A stretch of DNA of 64,000 bases, taken from a virus. The number at the start of each line of letters is the position of its first letter. The first letter of the stretch is position 1. The notes under the pieces are model-generated. The model was not told the DNA's origin and searched no databases. It saw nothing but the letters and a program-made list of their open reading frames with translations. This document shows positions 59,825-64,000 of this stretch, piece by piece. Where the stretch lies: the IMG/VR virus record IMGVR_UViG_3300049027_000059, positions 1-64,000 of that record, one strand, 5' to 3'. The position numbers and the translations under genes are program-made.

Positions 59825-61009
59825 TTACGGCTTTTCGAATAACTTGCTTAGCCACGGCTTCACGTTATCGTCTGTCACGGCACCTTCCTGTACTGCAGTC
59901 ATAAACTCTTTAATGAGTTTAGAATTTTTAGGATATCCTTGCATTCCTACATACTCCCGGAAGTCATCAAAACTTACCAACCGTTTACCTAAAGCTAATT
60001 CTCCGGTAGAAGTTGCAGTTGTGGTTGATCCTGTATCTGCGTTAACTGCGGCCAGATGCTCAGGAACTTGTGTTACAGGCGCTGCCGGAACTTGTTTTTC
60101 TGCCGCTAACACTTCGCGGGCTACGCGATCAGCCTGTATAATGTCAGTACTGTTACGCAGATCGTACAGATAATCTCCCAGGTTAACCTTTATGTAATTG
60201 ATCAGACGCTGTAAAGCATCTTCACTCGGGTTCATAATTGACTCGCCGATATATTCTCCTGCTCTCGCTCCCTGAGACCATACCCATTGCCGGCTTGATC
60301 CGCGTTTAGAAATGGTGAATATTTTCTTATCTACCATGTTACGAATACGTCCTTCTATGCGCACCATTTCGTCATCCATAGCTTTTATATACAGCCCATT
60401 AGTAGCAGGATTAATGGCGTATTGCTGCAGTTTTACTCTCAGTGCTTCTATTTCATAGTCATCTGAAGTAAGTAGCTTCAACCCTTTAGCTACCAAAACC
60501 AACTCTTCCTCATCCATGGTGGTAGCATGAGTAAGCGCCCTTTGGATATTCGTCATGTTAGCCGCTTCCATAGTAGTTTTTTCTATGGTATCCATGTAGG
60601 CGAATTTTCTTTTAGTCTTATCCGCAAAAGGAGAAGTAGGATTTCCCGGATTCAAAAACATGAAAAAGGCCTTATCCGGAGCGTTTACAAAATTTACCAG
60701 AGAACCGTCCAGGTTAAGGCGGCCCGGCTCGTACGTGTAACGCATTACACCACCTTCTGTCTTAGGGATTTGCGCCTCCGCATACCGCAAGCGGCGCTTG
60801 ATGCCGTTTTCATCAAACCAGAACGAAGTAAGAACCCCTTGTGTAGGCTTTTTAACGTGTGGTGAATTGATGGTTCTTTTTTTAACTTTACGGGATTTAT
60901 CTAGTTCGAAGGTTGGTTTCTTAACAATCCTTTCGTACTTTTTCTCGTCTATGCCTAGCCTTTTGGCCAGTTCACGAGGACTGATTTGAACGTCGTCAAT
61001 GTATAGCAT
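59825..61009 (-). CDS. head-module hypothetical protein
   Basis: Start set at the internal ATG (MLYIDDVQ...). The longer track ORF would overlap the whole upstream RHH gene end. Confidence 0.65.
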   Translation of the reverse strand: MLYIDDVQISPRELAKRLGIDEKKYERIVKKPTFELDKSRKVKKRTINSPHVKKPTQGVLTSFWFDENGIKRRLRYAEAQIPKTEGGVMRYTYEPGRLNLDGSLVNFVNAPDKAFFMFLNPGNPTSPFADKTKRKFAYMDTIEKTTMEAANMTNIQRALTHATTMDEEELVLVAKGLKLLTSDDYEIEALRVKLQQYAINPATNGLYIKAMDDEMVRIEGRIRNMVDKKIFTISKRGSSRQWVWSQGARAGEYIGESIMNPSEDALQRLINYIKVNLGDYLYDLRNSTDIIQADRVAREVLAAEKQVPAAPVTQVPEHLAAVNADTGSTTTATSTGELALGKRLVSFDDFREYVGMQGYPKNSKLIKEFMTAVQEGAVTDDNVKPWLSKLFEKP

Positions 61010-61196
61010 CGTCTTTTTTAGTGTATGGTAAATCTTTGAGATATTGTTCCGCTTCCGCTTTTTCTTTGGCGTCGCGTACTGCCTGAGCCACAAATCGCTG
61101 TATAGACACTCCGGTGGCTTCTTTATGGTTTTTCATAAACTCATAAACATCATCATCGAAATGTATTTTGCTAGAAGGCATAAACAAAAATGCCAT
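60996..61196 (-). CDS. ribbon-helix-helix-like small protein
   Basis: KIHFDDDVYEFMKNHKEATGVSIQRFVAQAVRDA has an Arc/MetJ-like pattern. Lies between the capsid terminator and the next gene. Confidence 0.5.
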   Translation of the reverse strand: MAFLFMPSSKIHFDDDVYEFMKNHKEATGVSIQRFVAQAVRDAKEKAEAEQYLKDLPYTKKDDAIH

Positions 61197-61230
61197 GAAA
61201 GTATGGCATTTCCAAATGTTTATGAAAATA

Positions 61231-61262
61231 AAAAAGCCCCGTGCATTACTCCGGGGCTTTTT
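61231..61262 (-). terminator. strong hairpin terminator after the putative capsid gene
   Basis: AAAAAGCCCCG-N10-CGGGGCTTTTT. Confidence 0.8.
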
Positions 61263-61285
61263 GCTATAATGAAAGAAAGAAGTGC

Positions 61286-62803
61286 TTATGAAGATACACC
61301 GTTTGGAGTGATTAACGCCATTTGCTCACCTAAAGCAAAGTGAGGCGCCATCTCTGTACGGATGTAGAATTTCACACCGTCTATAGGAGATGTTTTGTTC
61401 AACTGAGCACGAGTGTTGATAATTGATCCATTACCAGCACCTGCTTCCATCCACAGTTCGTCCTCACGAACGTAACCGTTAGACCCGCGAACCTCATAAC
61501 CTACGTACGAAGTTTGGAATTCCAAACCTGTATTGTCAGTTACAGAAGTATCGCCCAAAGGAAGCGCTACAGTCCAGTTGCTATACCCGATAGCACCGGC
61601 ACCTTGACCGTTATTGAACTCAGGCGCTGCAGTTTGCAAGAACGTGAACTGTCCTAGGGAGAACCCTTTGAAGCCCATGTTGATGAACGCACCAGCTGGA
61701 TCATAATCGCGGCCCATAGTATTTGCCCAGTTGCGTTTGAAGTTCTCAGCCACATACCGGTCAGATACGCCGATTACCCAGTTGTAGTTCAACTTGTCGG
61801 ACAGTGAACGCTCAACAACAGTGTTGATGTTATATCCTTGAGCCAGAACGATGTCTGAGGTCGGAAGGTTAATAGATGCGTAGTATGCAGCAAGAGCATA
61901 CAGGTCATTGATGTCGAAATCGTTAGGGTCGATTTCCATCTCATAACCTGACTGGCGTATGAAGTCCAGTAAACCCTGAGTACCACGAACAGTTGCTTCT
62001 TCTTCCATGAAAGTAGAAGTTTCTGTCCAGCCTGTTGGCTGTTTTCCGAACATCCAGGTAGACCCTTTCAGGTACTGATGACGGAGTTCCATATCCTTCA
62101 AACCTTCCATCCATAACAGGTTTGACCCCGGTACAGGTTGGAATTTCACCTGAGTGGTCAGGTTAGAACCTGTAACACCTTCTGTATCCTTCACGATCCA
62201 GAAAGTGTTCTCGTAGTAGTACTGACGAGCACGCAGGCCAGGATTTTGTCCCGTACCTTCTCCGGAGATGTTAGAGAAAATGTTACCTATTGAACCGGCA
62301 ATAATTTCGTCCATTGGATCGAAATCTGGCTCATCCGCCTCAACAGTAATCGTGTTCGGATTCACTGTACGGTCCTTAGCGATGATACGGTACATGTGAC
62401 CGCCAGCCTGGAACTCTACAGTATCTTTGATACGTGGTAGAGAACTGATAGTCCCGTTATCATTCGCCATATCGTCAGCGCTCAAAGTGATCACTGCCTG
62501 ATTTGCCTCATCACCTGCCTCAATGCTTCCCACAGTAAAGGTCATCTTTACACGTGGTTTTTCCCAGTGGCCGGTAGTAGGACTGTACGAAACGCGACGT
62601 TTCGGAGTCTTACCGATCAGAGGAAGCATTTTGGTAAGAGTGGTGTAATAATTCCCGTAATTACGGAAATAGTCGGCCAGCATGAACGGATTTTGTTGGA
62701 GCAGTTGTGTTCCAAAAATCAGCTGATCTGACTCAACCCCTTGTACGTGGGACGGGGAAGTCCCGGCTGCCATCGCAAGCCCGGCTGCATTGATAGTTGA
62801 CAT
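61286..62803 (-). CDS. putative major capsid protein
   Basis: 505 aa. Sits directly after a scaffold-like gene and before a strong terminator. Positional and compositional call only. Confidence 0.55.
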   Translation of the reverse strand: MSTINAAGLAMAAGTSPSHVQGVESDQLIFGTQLLQQNPFMLADYFRNYGNYYTTLTKMLPLIGKTPKRRVSYSPTTGHWEKPRVKMTFTVGSIEAGDEANQAVITLSADDMANDNGTISSLPRIKDTVEFQAGGHMYRIIAKDRTVNPNTITVEADEPDFDPMDEIIAGSIGNIFSNISGEGTGQNPGLRARQYYYENTFWIVKDTEGVTGSNLTTQVKFQPVPGSNLLWMEGLKDMELRHQYLKGSTWMFGKQPTGWTETSTFMEEEATVRGTQGLLDFIRQSGYEMEIDPNDFDINDLYALAAYYASINLPTSDIVLAQGYNINTVVERSLSDKLNYNWVIGVSDRYVAENFKRNWANTMGRDYDPAGAFINMGFKGFSLGQFTFLQTAAPEFNNGQGAGAIGYSNWTVALPLGDTSVTDNTGLEFQTSYVGYEVRGSNGYVREDELWMEAGAGNGSIINTRAQLNKTSPIDGVKFYIRTEMAPHFALGEQMALITPNGVSS

Positions 62804-62831
62804 TTTTTATATTTTTAAAGAGTAAGTGGTT

Positions 62832-63998
62832 TTATGTTCTTCCCACCATTTTCTTCGTAAAGTCTGCCAACCCCGTTTCTGTCGTTGCTACAACCTGATT
62901 TTCTTCAGCTCTCGGTAGTCCCGATCTGTTTTCGTACTTGTTTACGGTTTTTTCCGCCCCGGCATTAAAGCCTTTTTGGTATGCCTTTTCAAGACGCTTA
63001 GCATCATTGGCTTTCAAGTACTCACCGAGTGCGAAAGAATATGCCTGGGATACCGTCTCTGCGTTAACAGGGTCTAAACTATCCTTGAAATATTCCTTAA
63101 CGTACCCAGCAAGATCGTTTTCTAAAAATTGCTTGTCGAAAGAGTCTTCATAAGGCACAGTTTCGTCTCCAACTTTAAACTCATAATTGAGTTTTTCGGG
63201 AAAATGCTTTGCAATCCTGGGGGCTTCTGCCTCTACAGTTTGATTGTACGTTGCAGTTTCAGCGATAGTCTTTAACTGTGCTTTTTCGGCATTATCCTTT
63301 TCTGGATTCTGCACTACTGTTAACTCTTTCTTATAATTGTTGAGAATTTCCAAATCTTTCTTAGCCTCTATGCGTAATTGCTCACGCATAATATCAGCTT
63401 CGTCTTTTTGATCCGGATCAGTCTCATCAAATTGATTCAAGTCATACTGTCTGGTTACCAGCTTTCTGGCAATTTCCTCCGAATACCCTTCTGTAAGAAC
63501 CATCTTGGTTACTTTAAGATCGATAGGGGATAATTGATCCAGATCACCGTAACCGTTCAACTTCACAAACGCTTTGATCTGATCCGTATTGGCGCCAGCC
63601 AGGGTCATCTCATTCAACTTGGCGATGTAATCATTAGCAGGTTTAAAGGCATTCTTTTGAATTTCTTCTTTTTCTGCTACAATCGCCTCGTACTCCTTAC
63701 CCTTTTGTAATAAAGCGGTAAGTGAGTCCTCGTCTTTGATAAGCCCTTCGGTGCGCTGATCCAGGTCAGGCCAGAAGTTGTAAGGTTCACTAGTTAATGG
63801 TGTTGTTGGAGTAGGCGTCTCGACCACAGGGGCAGCCTCTGCTGCCGGTTCTGTAGGAGGCGTTACTTCCGGTTCTGGTGTGGTAACTTCAGGTGCGGGC
63901 GTTTCAACGGCCATCTCGGCACTGACTTGATTATCGGTAGTTTCAGCAGAAGCGGCTACCTCAGCCTGTCCTTCTTGTGCGCCAACAGCTACCTGCAT
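62832..63998 (-). CDS. scaffolding-like protein (may extend beyond the window)
   Basis: Acidic, Pro/Thr/Glu-rich N-terminus, then a long helical Lys/Glu-rich region, immediately upstream of the putative capsid gene. The ORF is open to the window edge. Confidence 0.5.
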   Translation of the reverse strand: MQVAVGAQEGQAEVAASAETTDNQVSAEMAVETPAPEVTTPEPEVTPPTEPAAEAAPVVETPTPTTPLTSEPYNFWPDLDQRTEGLIKDEDSLTALLQKGKEYEAIVAEKEEIQKNAFKPANDYIAKLNEMTLAGANTDQIKAFVKLNGYGDLDQLSPIDLKVTKMVLTEGYSEEIARKLVTRQYDLNQFDETDPDQKDEADIMREQLRIEAKKDLEILNNYKKELTVVQNPEKDNAEKAQLKTIAETATYNQTVEAEAPRIAKHFPEKLNYEFKVGDETVPYEDSFDKQFLENDLAGYVKEYFKDSLDPVNAETVSQAYSFALGEYLKANDAKRLEKAYQKGFNAGAEKTVNKYENRSGLPRAEENQVVATTETGLADFTKKMVGRT

Positions 63999-64000
63999 CG

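Noticed and set aside
1-64000. Stop-codon reassignment or a suppressor tRNA, as in some Bacteroidota phages
   Set aside because: All large genes (polymerase, primase, SNF2, the 1447-aa and 1505-aa virion proteins) are uninterrupted under the standard code. Neither tRNA-type element has a CUA, UUA or UCA anticodon.

Overview
The window is a densely packed dsDNA phage or prophage segment. Its expression signals look Bacteroidota-like: TTTG-N19-21-TAnnTTTG promoters, almost no Shine-Dalgarno use, and many ATGA/TAATG stop-start overlaps. No integrase, rRNA or CRISPR array was seen, and the standard genetic code fits throughout.

Layout:
- 1-5.75 kb, minus strand: an operon headed by a tRNA-like element and a ribbon-helix-helix (RHH) gene. 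It carries 3-4 glycosyltransferases, a DUF4031-like gene and a truncated FkbM-like methyltransferase.
- 5.8-17.4 kb, plus strand: about 35 small early-type genes. Several sit behind a repeated stem-loop + A-tract + CTTTGCA module placed 4-8 nt before the ATG.
- 17.4-25.0 kb, plus strand: SMC/Rad50-like ATPase, RNase H-like protein, Spo11/TopoVI-A-like protein, DnaQ-like exonuclease, HNH, a clan-A glycoside-hydrolase-like protein, ThyX and DUF3310.
- 25.1-28.65 kb, minus strand: an operon that starts with a structured leader RNA plus tRNA-Glu. It then encodes a repeat protein, a DUF2800-type nuclease, a nucleotidyltransferase-fold protein and a DUF2815-type SSB.
- 28.7-39.2 kb, plus strand: family A DNA polymerase, VirE-type primase-helicase, a C5-methyltransferase locus, VRR-NUC, HNH, SNF2 helicase, a DprA/SLOG-like protein and small secreted proteins.
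- 39.3-64.0 kb, minus strand: lysis cassette with a stand-alone receiver domain, S74-chaperone tail fibre, very large virion proteins, a putative major capsid protein and a scaffold-like protein.

The most unusual observation is at 33530-34801. Two same-strand reading frames offset by 1 nt are both stop-free for about 1.25 kb, and each carries family-like motifs.

Other notable items:
- structured RNAs at the heads of both leftward operons
- a 390-nt non-coding region behind a duplicated promoter
- an SSB-tail-like DDDLPY C-terminus on a nucleotidyltransferase-fold protein
- a 36-bp junction duplication flanking the Spo11-like gene cassette
- an 11-bp tandem duplication that breaks a gene

Functional calls rest on motif recognition by eye, not on database searches.
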